DNA of 64,000 bases, taken from positions 62,001 to 126,000 of the forward strand of contig JAANOX010000247.1 of assembly GCA_020184695.1 (NCBI GenBank). Reading direction: 5' to 3'. Under the pieces are notes generated by a model. It made no database searches and had not been told where the DNA came from. It worked only from the letters and a program-made list of their open reading frames with translations. Below, piece by piece: positions 29,646-41,368 of this stretch (position 1 is the stretch's first letter; the number at the start of each line of letters is the position of its first letter). The position numbers were made by a program, and so were the translations under genes. This DNA is from Histomonas meleagridis 2922-C6/04-290x. Taxonomy: Eukaryota > Protista > Parabasalia.

Positions 29646-32600
29646 ATGATTCTTGTTTTCTTTTTAGCTTGTTCAGGCTTTGCTTTAGATATTTCAAGTG
29701 TACTTCCTTACCTGAATTTCAACGCCACAATTAGTGACTATATTGAAAACGAGACAATGATTCCAATGGTAATTAATATTATTAAATCTTTAGCAAGTGA
29801 TTACATAAATATTATACCAAACTTATTTTCAAATGAAACACGAAATATGTTATCACTCATTTCAAATTTATTAACTTACCCACAAATAAATCTTGCAGAA
29901 ATGATTGGTTTTCCAATACAAGGACTTCTATACGATGCTGTTTCATCAATTACAACAGAAATTTTTACAGGCTACTTTGGCAATTATGTGAATGATCTCT
30001 TAAACTATGTTAATAATAATTTTGAATCATTTAATTTTGCCAACTTTGTTGAATTTGCTTTTGGTTGCCCTGTGCCTCTTGAAAATTTGGTCAACTTATT
30101 CAATTTATTAACTAAACCAAATTATACATTGAAGCAATTTAATGAATATTTGAATATTTCAACATATTTCGAACAAATTGCCTATAAAATGTCCACCTTT
30201 TCTGCTGAATCCCACATAAACATCCATACATTATTAAGCATTTTAACTTCAGGCTATATCCCACAATTAATAACAAAATTTGCAAGTCCATATGTTGAAG
30301 CCATTGAACATCGAATTAATCTTTTCCAAGCTGAACTTGAATTCTATCATCTTACAATTGAAAATGTATCAGATATCATTTATTCTGAATTTTTATCGAT
30401 TCAATCAATGCTTACATTCTACAAAGATATAATTAGCACATTAACCACACGACTCCCAACTAACATCCAATCCATTTTCCAAATTCTTCTTCCGATCCTA
30501 ACAGACTCGTTCAATTTCACCGAATACTTTACAACAACATATAATATACCAAAACAAATTCTTTATGTTGTTTTAGGGCAAATTGTTAATATAGACACAA
30601 CGATTGATAGCATTGTTCAAATAGTTTCAATGATTAAAGGGAATTTAACAATATATACCAATTTTCAAGCACTTGTTAATGGATTTACGAATTTAATTAA
30701 TGGATTAAACAATAAGGACACAGTTGTTTACCAATTAATTCGTGATTTCTTAAACGAAACAAACATTATGAATGCTCAATCATTTGATAAAATATTTAAT
30801 ATGCTTCCATTTATGACTCTAAGTCTTATTGATATGTTTTTTAATTATCTAAAAACAATTGTTAATTATTATAATAATGATTTACCATTCCGTGAATTTT
30901 TGGATTATTTAAAGATTAGTGATACTGAATATAAAGAGATAAACATAGAAGCAATTGATTCTTTATTAACAGGCACATTCCAATCAATCATTAGTAATTA
31001 TATTGATTTAGATAAACTGAATAATATTTTAGATCAAATTTTTTATTTAGCTAATTATTATATCAGTGTAATAAATGAAAACATTGGAGAAGAAACTAAT
31101 CATAAGATGAAAGACTTTTTGAATTTAATAATTGAAATTATACCAAAACTTAAGACAGATAGTTATAAAATTGTTAATTTGTTTGATGATATTTATCCAG
31201 ATTCATCACGAATTTTATCAATATATAAAGAAATTGGACTTAAAATTAATGATGGATCAAGTTTAAAACAAATTGCTGAAGTTGTTGATAAAAACTTTTG
31301 GGATCTTAGTACATCATTACAAAATTTAGTTACTTCATTCGATGATACAAATGCACAAATAACACTGACTAATTTATATAAATTATTTGAAGTATCTGAA
31401 GAAAGTCATTATGAATTTAGTGTATATAAAATTCAACAAACATTAACTTTAATTGGTAATATAATTTCACAATTAATTTCGAATCAAATGATAACTATTA
31501 ATGAATTTCCATTATTTAATAGTATAACACCACAACTTACATCGTTTTCAACACAATTTGTAACAACAATGAGTTCATCACCAAATGATTTCATTAAAAC
31601 CATAACTGCTGGAGCAATTAATTTGGAAACTTTATATGAAAAATTAGTAATTTTATATAATAAAATTATAACAAATAATGAAATAGGTATTAATGATATC
31701 ATTAAATTAATAAATGAAGAAATAATACTACCAGAATATCGACATTACTTTAATATACAAATTGGATTATTACAAGGTAAATTAACATTAAATGATATAA
31801 TTCGAATGAACACAACAAACTTTACAGCAGAACAATTTGAAAATTTAGTTCATTCATTTGCTAGTGAAGAAGAAAATTTAATACCAGAATTTATCCCGGA
31901 AGAAGATAAACAAAATGCATTATATGCATTAGGTAATATGACTGGTGAAATTAATTTAGTTGAAATCTTAGGATTACAATCAATGACAAGTTTTATCGGA
32001 TCAATATCAACATTAGTTACAGCAATGATTAATGATGATATTACAATGATCTTTAATTTAAACACAACAAATGTTCAATCATTTGTAAGTTATTTCTTAA
32101 GTTCATTATCAAACTTTAATATTGGAAGAGCATTTTCATCAATTGGAATTCAAGTTAATTTTAGTAACATTGAATGTTTAATTAAATTATTAACTAATGA
32201 AACATATCCAATCATTAAATTTAATAATGATATAGGTGATTTAGAAACATATTATCAACCAATCATACAATTAGCTAAAGAATTTACTGCGGATACACCA
32301 ATTAATAAAGATTTAATATTACCAATAATATTATCAGGTTATTTGACAGAAGTAATTAATGAATTTATAGATCCTTATGTAATACCTATACAACAAATAT
32401 TCCAAATAATATCAAATGTATTTAACTTTGATGAAGTTCCAGTTTATTTAAGAATCCAAAAAATCCAAAATAATGTTGTTGAATTATTACGATTTTTAGT
32501 TACAATGTTACCACCAGAACTTACAGATACTATAAATTATGTAATTGATTTTCTAGCAGATGATTTAAATGTTTTAACATTATTAGAAAGTTATAATATA

Positions 32601-34520
32601 ACACGTAATATTACACAACCAATATTTTATATATTATGTTCATGTTTTGAAACTACTATCGATGGAATTATTGAAATAGCTTCTAATTATGGATTAGTTA
32701 ATATGACAATATATCAACAAATTAAACAAGGAATATTATTAGGTATATTAATATTACCAAGTAGTTCATTAACAGATTTGACAAATCTTATATTAACAGA
32801 ATTTAATGTTACTATTAATTCGAAAGATATATTAGATAATATATTTTCATTTATATTAGAAAATAATCAAATAATATCAATCATTGATAGTTTAACTGGT
32901 TTTATTACACAATTAAAACAAATATATGAAACTAATGTACCATTTTCAGAGATATTTTATATAAATATTTCACAATTTTTACCGATTGATATTGATTTAT
33001 CACAAATAAATATTGAACAATATTTACCAATTTTACAACAAATGATTAAAAGTTTTCCATTCCAAGAAATATTACGATTTATAGGAATTGATACTTCATT
33101 TAATTCCTTATTAAAGTTATTATATAATTTAGGTTATATGATATCACCAATAATACCACAAGATAAAATTAATCAATTTTATCATAATATTAACTTATTA
33201 AATAATGAAACAACTACAATTAGTAATGTATTAGATTGGATAACTAATGATGGATCACGATTATTAGATATATTAATACAAATAATAGCTGATTATTTAA
33301 CAAATAAATCATTTAAAGATATAATTACAAATATTGATAAACGATTTTGGAATGCAACAAATACAATTGAAACTATAATATATCATAATCCTACAATACC
33401 ACAACTTATATCATCATTTAATACAGCTGATAATCCATATGAATTTAATATAAACAAAATCATAAATCCATTTAACTCAATTATCAATTATTTGACTGAA
33501 TTTTATTCACAAAGTTCTACAAATTATATCATCCAAAACTTACCAAACTCAGAAAACATTGTCCAATTTATATATAATTTACCAAAAGTATTTTCGATGA
33601 CTATTGATGATGGAATTAATTATATAACTAATAATAAATTAAAAGGTAATATTGAAGCAATACGTATTACGTCATATAAAATTCGAAATAATGAAGGAGT
33701 CGGAATTACTGAATTAGCAAACATATTACGTGGCGTAATATTATATCGACCAACTGATAAAATACAAACAATTAAATCAGTATATGAAATACCTAAACTT
33801 GAATTAGCGACACCTGATACAACGACTTTACTTACAATATATAATAGTAATAATGATAACAAAGTACCGATTGTTGTTAATGATTTAATAATTCGACCTT
33901 CGACAACTATAAATACAATAAATTTACAAATTATTAATACACTTTCAATTGAATCGAATTCATTAATTAGTCCATATGATGTAACTAATGATTATATTAA
34001 TATTAATAATAATATGATAAATATTACAACTACTTATTCATCAACAATTAATTTGGGTAATTCTAATGTTAATAATATACCAAAAATATTTAAAGTAATT
34101 ATAAATGTAAATAATTTTAATGATGATCAAATCGTTAATGAATTTAATGGTGGTAAATTATTAGTGAATAGTAATAATAATCAAATTAATGTAAATCAAT
34201 GGATTAATAACTCAGTTTTGGATATTATAAAACAAAATAATTCAAAGAGTGAATTTAATATTGTGACAAAAGATAATAAAATTTATATAACTTCAAGTTT
34301 GACACCGGAAATAATCGATGAAATTGTTGATGAAAGTGAAGGACTAAGTGATGGAGCTATCGCTGGAATTGTAATCGCTGTCGTGGTAGTGGTAATTGTT
34401 ATCATTGTCGGAATTGTATGCGGCGTAAAGAGAAGTGGAAAGAATAAAGTCGACTCAATGTCTTCGATATCTTCACTAAGCGAAGAAGAAATCAATGGTG
34501 AAGACGAAGACGAAATGTGA
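29646..34520 (+). CDS. Large type-I membrane/surface protein, Ile/Asn/Leu-rich helical ectodomain
   Basis: Signal peptide MILVFFLACSGFALD (ATG 29646; the ORF track starts at 29598); single TM GLSDGAIAGIVIAVVVVVIVIIVGIVCGV; short acidic tail; many NxS/T sequons. Confidence 0.88.
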   Translation: MILVFFLACSGFALDISSVLPYLNFNATISDYIENETMIPMVINIIKSLASDYINIIPNLFSNETRNMLSLISNLLTYPQINLAEMIGFPIQGLLYDAVSSITTEIFTGYFGNYVNDLLNYVNNNFESFNFANFVEFAFGCPVPLENLVNLFNLLTKPNYTLKQFNEYLNISTYFEQIAYKMSTFSAESHINIHTLLSILTSGYIPQLITKFASPYVEAIEHRINLFQAELEFYHLTIENVSDIIYSEFLSIQSMLTFYKDIISTLTTRLPTNIQSIFQILLPILTDSFNFTEYFTTTYNIPKQILYVVLGQIVNIDTTIDSIVQIVSMIKGNLTIYTNFQALVNGFTNLINGLNNKDTVVYQLIRDFLNETNIMNAQSFDKIFNMLPFMTLSLIDMFFNYLKTIVNYYNNDLPFREFLDYLKISDTEYKEINIEAIDSLLTGTFQSIISNYIDLDKLNNILDQIFYLANYYISVINENIGEETNHKMKDFLNLIIEIIPKLKTDSYKIVNLFDDIYPDSSRILSIYKEIGLKINDGSSLKQIAEVVDKNFWDLSTSLQNLVTSFDDTNAQITLTNLYKLFEVSEESHYEFSVYKIQQTLTLIGNIISQLISNQMITINEFPLFNSITPQLTSFSTQFVTTMSSSPNDFIKTITAGAINLETLYEKLVILYNKIITNNEIGINDIIKLINEEIILPEYRHYFNIQIGLLQGKLTLNDIIRMNTTNFTAEQFENLVHSFASEEENLIPEFIPEEDKQNALYALGNMTGEINLVEILGLQSMTSFIGSISTLVTAMINDDITMIFNLNTTNVQSFVSYFLSSLSNFNIGRAFSSIGIQVNFSNIECLIKLLTNETYPIIKFNNDIGDLETYYQPIIQLAKEFTADTPINKDLILPIILSGYLTEVINEFIDPYVIPIQQIFQIISNVFNFDEVPVYLRIQKIQNNVVELLRFLVTMLPPELTDTINYVIDFLADDLNVLTLLESYNITRNITQPIFYILCSCFETTIDGIIEIASNYGLVNMTIYQQIKQGILLGILILPSSSLTDLTNLILTEFNVTINSKDILDNIFSFILENNQIISIIDSLTGFITQLKQIYETNVPFSEIFYINISQFLPIDIDLSQINIEQYLPILQQMIKSFPFQEILRFIGIDTSFNSLLKLLYNLGYMISPIIPQDKINQFYHNINLLNNETTTISNVLDWITNDGSRLLDILIQIIADYLTNKSFKDIITNIDKRFWNATNTIETIIYHNPTIPQLISSFNTADNPYEFNINKIINPFNSIINYLTEFYSQSSTNYIIQNLPNSENIVQFIYNLPKVFSMTIDDGINYITNNKLKGNIEAIRITSYKIRNNEGVGITELANILRGVILYRPTDKIQTIKSVYEIPKLELATPDTTTLLTIYNSNNDNKVPIVVNDLIIRPSTTINTINLQIINTLSIESNSLISPYDVTNDYININNNMINITTTYSSTINLGNSNVNNIPKIFKVIINVNNFNDDQIVNEFNGGKLLVNSNNNQINVNQWINNSVLDIIKQNNSKSEFNIVTKDNKIYITSSLTPEIIDEIVDESEGLSDGAIAGIVIAVVVVVIVIIVGIVCGVKRSGKNKVDSMSSISSLSEEEINGEDEDEM

Positions 34521-36584
34521 TGTAAAATAGTGTGAAATGGAACTTAATAAAATCGATTTGCAATATATGAAATTTCATATTTATAATGTGCAGAAAATGA
34601 ATTTAATTTTAATTTAGAGCATTAAATTGCACAAATTTATGCTATAAGTCAAAATGATATCAAGCGCAAAGTTAATTTTGCACAACAAGAATGCACAGCA
34701 ATAAGAAATTTTTAAATTAAACTCATTGAGATATAGATATAATATTATAAAAAAGATAAGAGTATAATAGAAAAATATCGGGAGTGAGAAAGTTAGTTAT
34801 TGTGTTAATTTCAAGAAAACGAGTGATCCTACATAGTTTGAAATGCTTTGATCAACATATAGATGATGTTTTAATCCAAAATAAAATAACAACGTAATCC
34901 TTTTTTCCTCGGTTTGCTTGGTTTTAGGATCCATATCTCTCAATATTCTAACATTGGCAGAAAATGCTTCAGTGATCCCTATGTTCACGTTTGCTGATGT
35001 TTGAATGTGTTACTGCAAATTCTTCACTTCATCTAATTAAAAACATGTTTATTAATAAACATACATTAATTCATAAAACAATCGGAACACTAACTCGTTT
35101 TTTGCTTCTGAAATGTCGCAACAACGCATTTGGGTTCCTGCTAAAGTTGAACGATCACTCATTAAAGAATACACAATTATAAAACAATTTCCTTACTTAC
35201 AAAACATATTATAAAAATGACCAACACATCCAGTGTCAATAATATTAAGTTTTGTAACACCACCGTAAACTGACTTATTATTTGTATTTATAATGGTTTT
35301 TTATTGTACAAAATCTTAAAAAATCGATCTTCTACAAGACAAATTATCACCAAGGATTCGCTTCCACCGTTTAATGTGAGCATGGCATGCCATGCATTTT
35401 TTGCATTTATGTCTTCTTTTGACTCTGTTCAAATATTAAATAAACAACATACCATATGAAAGTTATAAACATCTAATTATCCAGAATATCGATTTAATAA
35501 TTTCTCATAAAAATCAAGAATATAATAGTTCATGGCATTTTAAGTTTATAAAAAATAAATTTAGAAAAATGTCAAGCTTTACATGGTTTTTATAAGACAC
35601 TGTCAACCAACTTTTCCTCTTATAGATTTCTTTTTAATTTTAATTGTATTTAATACATTTCGGATTTTATCATATAAGGATAGTAGACAAATTTTTATGA
35701 AGATATAATAATTTTTTTAAAATTTCCTTTTAATTTAGTCACTTTCTATTTAAATTCATGTACGATACAATACACAAACGGTCATCTAAGCAAAGACTGG
35801 ACGTACCAAATAACATCTAAACCAGTATATACAAGTATTGTTGAAAAAATGTTTATAACATTTTTATCTTCTGTTTAACATTGTGATTCTTTTTTGTGAG
35901 TATCGCTCCTCGTGGCGGAACGAATCTTGATGGATTTATAACCGCAAAATGAATTCAAAAAGTTTTTTTTCTTCTTTGGCTAGAGCCTCCAATAATGAAT
36001 AAATTGTTTCTAGAATTATTATATTTATAGAACAAATAAATTATAGAAAATTGCAAAGACAGATTTTTGAATTTTTGCTCTGCATTTTGAAATTTTGAAG
36101 ATTGCTCATAAAAAAATAAGATCACAAAATTTGGGTAAGGTAATTCTATTGAATATGATATACTTATTTATATTTCTTTAAATTTAGTTCAGTGAAAAAT
36201 GAAAAAAATTGGTTTTCTGATTTGAAACGACCGTTTATTTGGTTGACAGCGTCAGAAAATCTTGTTTTTATAAAACCTACTTCTGAAACACTTAAATTCT
36301 TGAATCCTTAATAAATATTACCATGTTTCATTCAAAAAAATGATTTTTAAACTTTTTATTATGGAAATATATCTTTATTTTTTAATTCTGTTTTGTGACG
36401 TTGTTTTAATCCTTTTTTTCACTGGGACTTTTTTATTAAGTTCGCCTCAATCTGCTCATATTACCACAATTTCCATTCAAAAAGTTGCATCACATGACTC
36501 ACAAAAATTTCATAATGGTGTCACCATTTATCTCAAAAAGTTGAATGGCTTAAATTCAATTTTTTTTAGGTTTTAGTTAACCAA

Positions 36585-37736
36585 ATGGAAGGGAACATCA
36601 TCCCGCTGAAGTGTTCATCAATGCAATATGAATGGGGTAAAAAGGGAAGTGAATCACTTGTATTCCAATTGCTGAAAGGTGAAGATAATGCAACTTTATC
36701 AGAATCTTTACCATATGCAGAACTTTGGATGGGAAATCATCCAAAAGCCCCTTCAAGGACACAAGAGGGGAAAACAATATCAGAAATTGAAGGGTGTAGT
36801 GAACTTCCTTTTCTTTTCAAAGTTCTTAGTATCAAAAAACCATTGTCTATCCAGGTTCATCCAAACAAAGAAACATCTACAAGGCTTCATGATGAAGATC
36901 CAGAGAATTATCCTGACGCCAACCACAAACCAGAAATGGGATATTTTGTATCAAAAACAAAGTTATTATATGGCTTTCGCCCATATAATGAGATAGTAGA
37001 TTTTTTCAATCGTGTTCCAGAATTTCATGACCTTATTGAACCATCTATTCTCCAACAATTCATAGACAATCCTTCACCGAATACATTGAAAGAAGTTTTA
37101 TTCAGATTCTTCCACAAAAAGAGCGGCAACATGCCAACTATGATACATCACTTTCTTGAAAATCTTGAAAAGTATAATCTTGATCAAGAAATAGTTGATA
37201 CCATAAAATCAATTTCTTTTCATTTTCCAGTTGATATCGGCATATTTACACCTCTCATTATGAACATTGTCGTTGGCGAACCCGGTACTGCTCTTTTTAT
37301 TCCCACTGGTGTTATTCATTCATACATCTATGGTGATCTTATTGAAGTAATGTCACTTAGTGACAACGTTATTCGTGCTGCAATGACACCTAAACACATA
37401 GACGTTGACGTCCTCCTCAGCGTCCTTAACTTCGAACCTACTCCGATTCATTGGGTGGAACCGTTTTGCACCACCCCAAATTCCCAACTTTTCTTTCCTC
37501 CGTTGGAGCCAAGCGACTTCATTCTTGGGTCACATAAACTTGGGGCAGGAGAAGCACAGAACTTACCAGAACTATTAAATGAGTCGATATTGTTGGTTTT
37601 AAATGGAACATGTAGAATTAGTGGAAACGAATATGTTGCTGGATCAGTACTTCTTGGACTAAAGAATGCAAAAGTTTGTATTGAAGCACTCACTGATTGT
37701 CATGTCCTGATCTGTACACATACGAAGGTGAAATAA
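36585..37736 (+). CDS. MPI: Mannose-6-phosphate isomerase, class I
   Basis: PYAELWMGNHP, LPFLFKVLSIKKPLSIQVHPNK, YPDANHKPEM, IHSYIYG...EVMSLSDNVIRAAMTPKHIDV. Confidence 0.97.
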   Translation: MEGNIIPLKCSSMQYEWGKKGSESLVFQLLKGEDNATLSESLPYAELWMGNHPKAPSRTQEGKTISEIEGCSELPFLFKVLSIKKPLSIQVHPNKETSTRLHDEDPENYPDANHKPEMGYFVSKTKLLYGFRPYNEIVDFFNRVPEFHDLIEPSILQQFIDNPSPNTLKEVLFRFFHKKSGNMPTMIHHFLENLEKYNLDQEIVDTIKSISFHFPVDIGIFTPLIMNIVVGEPGTALFIPTGVIHSYIYGDLIEVMSLSDNVIRAAMTPKHIDVDVLLSVLNFEPTPIHWVEPFCTTPNSQLFFPPLEPSDFILGSHKLGAGEAQNLPELLNESILLVLNGTCRISGNEYVAGSVLLGLKNAKVCIEALTDCHVLICTHTKVK

Positions 37737-37890
37737 TTTGTACAATCACAAATTAATAGGACAATATTTGACTTCTGTTTTGATGATAAAATCAAAATTA
37801 ATAGTAAAACTGTCTCCTAATTTTTCTTATTCGGGAATCACATTATATTCATCATTTTTGTAAAACAAATTGCTTTAAAAAAAAAAAAAA

Positions 37891-37999
37891 AAACTGGTTC
37901 AAATAATTCGGCATTAATAAACTTGTCAATTTTGACATGTCTACAAAAATCCTTCTCAATTTTCAATACTTTATAATGCCGAATTATTTGAACCAGTTT
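37891..37999. mobile_element. 109-bp MITE-like element with perfect 26-bp terminal inverted repeats
   Basis: aaactggttcaaataattcggcatta (37891-916) is the exact reverse complement of 37974-999; non-coding 57-nt core; lies in an intergenic region. Confidence 0.7.
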
Positions 38000-38244
38000 A
38001 ATAATAAATTGATAATGTTGTTTTTGAAACGAATATATAATTTATGAGTAAACGAAAGCCTTGCAAGGCTACTTCACTGTAACACAAATAATTTTCAGAA
38101 ATCTATAAGTTCTTTGAATTTGTTCGAAACAGGACATTTGAATGATAGAAATCACTAGTGTTTTGTGTAAAAGTGGAAATGATCGTTTTTTCCACAATTC
38201 AAAAGCTTTGAAATGGCATTTTTTGAAAACATCTATTTTTTATC

Positions 38245-41200
38245 ATGACAGCCAAAAATGTTATTGGTATTGACCTTGGAAACTCAAACATTACTGGCTT
38301 TGTTCTCCCCAATGAAGAAATCATTCTTAAGCATATTACTGTTACTTCTCAATCTACTATAAAAACAAATGCCTGGGTATCTTTCAATACCCATCCTTTT
38401 ATTGGTAATGCTGCTTATCTTAATCAAGAAAGTTACCAAAAAACAACTTTTTATAATCTCAATAAATTAATTTCACTAAAATATGCAAGCAAAGAAAGGG
38501 AAAAAATTTCACAAGATGTTCCATTTGAACTTGTTGAGGTTGATGGAAAAACAGGTATTAAAATAAATAACGGAATTTATCAACCTCTCATATTTCGTCC
38601 AGAACAATGTATTTCATTTTTGATTAATGGTTTTTTATCATTCTGTGAGGACTACAAAGAAATGCAAACACCGGTATTTTGCTTTTCTGTATTGCCATGG
38701 TGGGATATTTATCAAAGGCAATCACTTTTTGACATTGCATCAATCTCGAAAATAAGCTTAGTTAGTTTAGTCAACACTACCACATGTGCCGCAATCAAAT
38801 ATGCATATGATAATGAAAAAAATTTAAAAACAAACCCTGGAAAAGTTGTTTTCATTGACATTGGTGATACATCTATGAATGTTGGTGTAATAGAATATAC
38901 GAATTCATCAGGAAAGTTATTAATACGTGTTTTAAGTTCTGTTTGTGATTTACGGTTTGGCGGATCCGTGTTGACAGAACTTATCCAAAAAGAATTTAAG
39001 AATAAGATTCAAGAGATGTCAGTTCTTAAACATGAAAATATTAAATTCACACCTTATTCTGATATACGCATCTACAAGGCAGCTTTAGAATCCAAAAGGA
39101 ATTACTTTTCATCACCACAGTTTAAAGTTGATTTTTATTGTTTTCAAAATACATATGAATTAAATGAAAGTGGTAGTGATTTTGATAAAGTTGTTAAACC
39201 CATTGCAAATAAAATTACTGAACCAATTAAAATAGCACTTCAAAAAGCGAACACTAATGAAAATGATGTTGATAATTTTGTTATGATAGGTTCAGGAATT
39301 CGTGTTAAAGAATTTACAAACAAAATCAAAAGTTATTTAGCAGCTACTAATAACTCTGATAAATTAAAAGGTAATTATTCTCAATGTGATGATTATATTG
39401 CAAAAGGTACAACTTATGCAGCAGAAATTCTTTCTTCAAATATTCGGTTAAGTAAACGATTTGAAATCAAAGAAAAATATCAAAGATTTCGATCTGATAT
39501 TGAAAATAATGAAGATATTACAATTATAGCTAAATATAATGGTAAAGAGGAAATATTATTTAAAGAAGGAGATGAAATTCCTTCAAAGAAAGAAATTATA
39601 TATGAAGGAAAATCTGTTTTTGTGGAACTTATGATGAATAAAAAATGCATTGGAGTCATTCAAGCAGAAGGTGATTCGAAGAAAATCGAAATAAAACTTA
39701 ATATATCACAAATGATTGAAGTCAATCAAACAAATGGAATTAATTATACACCTTATTATGGATTTAGTAAGGCAAAAATTCATGAATTCATTTCAATGGA
39801 AGACAAAATGGAAAAATATTATGAATGCATAAATAATTGTGAAGAAATTGCAAAAAAGCTTTCAACACAAGAGAAAATTAATATTATAAATAATGAAAAG
39901 TTTATGACTAATTATGAAAGAATGTTAATCCAAAAAAATAAAAATTATATTAAAAAATTTGAAGAATCCGAAAATAAAGTTAAAATTTTGGGTAAAATAA
40001 ATGATTATTATTCATGCATATTGAATATAGAGAAAGAAATTGATCATATACATCAAAGAATAGAAGAAAGGAAAAATGTATTTGAATATTTAGAACAAAA
40101 TGTAAATGATTTTATTGGAAATATAAATGAAATTGAATGTTTATTATGTGAAAAAATTACACCCGAAATGTCCAAAAAGTATAATGAATTTTCTGCAAAA
40201 TATAAACCTTTACTGAAATGGTATTATAAAAAGAGTAATAGAGGAGAACCATTTTCAGATGAAAAAGAAAATTTATCAGATGATATAAAAAGTATTTTGA
40301 TTGAAGCTAAGGAGCTTCTGGGAAAATTGAAAAAAGAAACACAAAGAATTAAAAGTGATGAAGAAAAGAAAGAGAAAAGAAAAGAAATCGAAATAGAAGA
40401 AAAAATAAGTAAAGCGGAAGATGAAATAAAAAAGAATGTAAAACTAATGGGAATAGAATTAGGGAAAACAATGGAAGAAATGAAAACGGAAATAGATCAA
40501 ACAAATGTAAAATTGTTTAAAACAAAAGGAGAAATTAAAACAGAGTTAGATAAAGCAACAGCAAAAATAGGTCAAACGAAAGGAGAAATGGATAAAGCAA
40601 CAGGAGAAATGAAATCAGAATTAGTTAAAGTAACAACAAAAATAAATCAAATGAAAGCAGAAATGGATAAAGCAACAGGAGAAATAAATAAAGTGAAGAG
40701 AGAAATAGAACAAACGAAAGGAGAAATGAAATCAGAGTTAGATAAAGCAACAGCAAAAATAAATCAAGCAAAAGGAGAAATGGACAAAGCAACAGGAGAA
40801 ATTAACAAAGTGAAAAGAGAAATAACCAAAGAAACAAATTTAATGAAAGAAACAATAACCAAACTCCAAAATGATGTGAAAACAGACATAAATAATGAAA
40901 AGAAATCAATGAAAGAAACAATAACCAAACTCCAAAACGATGTGAAAACAGACATAAATAATGAAAAAATAGCAATGAAAAAGGCCGTCGAACAAGCAAT
41001 GAAAGAAGTTAATGCATACAGAGGAAATGGAGCAACAACTGAAGAATTAAACAACATGAAAGAAAAATTGGTTCATTTAGAAGAAGAAACGGCTCATTTA
41101 AAAAAAGAATTGGATAAAACAAAAAGGAAACTGAATGAAAATATTAATAACACTGGAGTCTTGACAATTATACTGTTTTCGATAACACTATGCTCAAATA

Positions 41201-41247
41201 TTTTCTTATTGTATCTATTAAAACCAAATTTCCTTCAAAAAAAATAA
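38245..41247 (+). CDS. Divergent Hsp70/Hsp110-like ATPase domain fused to a repeat coiled coil and C-terminal membrane anchor
   Basis: VIGIDLGNS, VVFIDIGDTSMNVGVIE, FGGSVLTE, VMIGSGIRV; C-terminal GVLTIILFSITLCSNIFLLYLL. Confidence 0.82.
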   Translation: MTAKNVIGIDLGNSNITGFVLPNEEIILKHITVTSQSTIKTNAWVSFNTHPFIGNAAYLNQESYQKTTFYNLNKLISLKYASKEREKISQDVPFELVEVDGKTGIKINNGIYQPLIFRPEQCISFLINGFLSFCEDYKEMQTPVFCFSVLPWWDIYQRQSLFDIASISKISLVSLVNTTTCAAIKYAYDNEKNLKTNPGKVVFIDIGDTSMNVGVIEYTNSSGKLLIRVLSSVCDLRFGGSVLTELIQKEFKNKIQEMSVLKHENIKFTPYSDIRIYKAALESKRNYFSSPQFKVDFYCFQNTYELNESGSDFDKVVKPIANKITEPIKIALQKANTNENDVDNFVMIGSGIRVKEFTNKIKSYLAATNNSDKLKGNYSQCDDYIAKGTTYAAEILSSNIRLSKRFEIKEKYQRFRSDIENNEDITIIAKYNGKEEILFKEGDEIPSKKEIIYEGKSVFVELMMNKKCIGVIQAEGDSKKIEIKLNISQMIEVNQTNGINYTPYYGFSKAKIHEFISMEDKMEKYYECINNCEEIAKKLSTQEKINIINNEKFMTNYERMLIQKNKNYIKKFEESENKVKILGKINDYYSCILNIEKEIDHIHQRIEERKNVFEYLEQNVNDFIGNINEIECLLCEKITPEMSKKYNEFSAKYKPLLKWYYKKSNRGEPFSDEKENLSDDIKSILIEAKELLGKLKKETQRIKSDEEKKEKRKEIEIEEKISKAEDEIKKNVKLMGIELGKTMEEMKTEIDQTNVKLFKTKGEIKTELDKATAKIGQTKGEMDKATGEMKSELVKVTTKINQMKAEMDKATGEINKVKREIEQTKGEMKSELDKATAKINQAKGEMDKATGEINKVKREITKETNLMKETITKLQNDVKTDINNEKKSMKETITKLQNDVKTDINNEKIAMKKAVEQAMKEVNAYRGNGATTEELNNMKEKLVHLEEETAHLKKELDKTKRKLNENINNTGVLTIILFSITLCSNIFLLYLLKPNFLQKK
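40519..40974 (+). repeat. Coding coiled-coil repeats in the Hsp70-like protein
   Basis: Recurrent E(M/L)DKAT(G/A)(E/K)I units, plus two near-identical 66-nt copies (MKETITKLQNDVKTDINNEK) at 40843 and 40909. Confidence 0.85.
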
Positions 41248-41368
41248 ATAGCAACACTTCGAACCATAATAAACACTAAAAAATGTTTAAATTTTTTTAG
41301 GAATATTTATCTTAACTCAATCTTTTGATATTTCAGATTTTATTTATAAAATTATTTCGCAATGAAAT

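Noticed and set aside
35380-35395. 16-bp palindrome gcatggcatgccatgc (also agccttgcaaggct at 38057-38070)
   Set aside because: Isolated short palindromes with no supporting context.
36340-36576. 78-aa ORF upstream of MPI
   Set aside because: Low-complexity AT-rich frame with no recognisable motif; probably promoter sequence.
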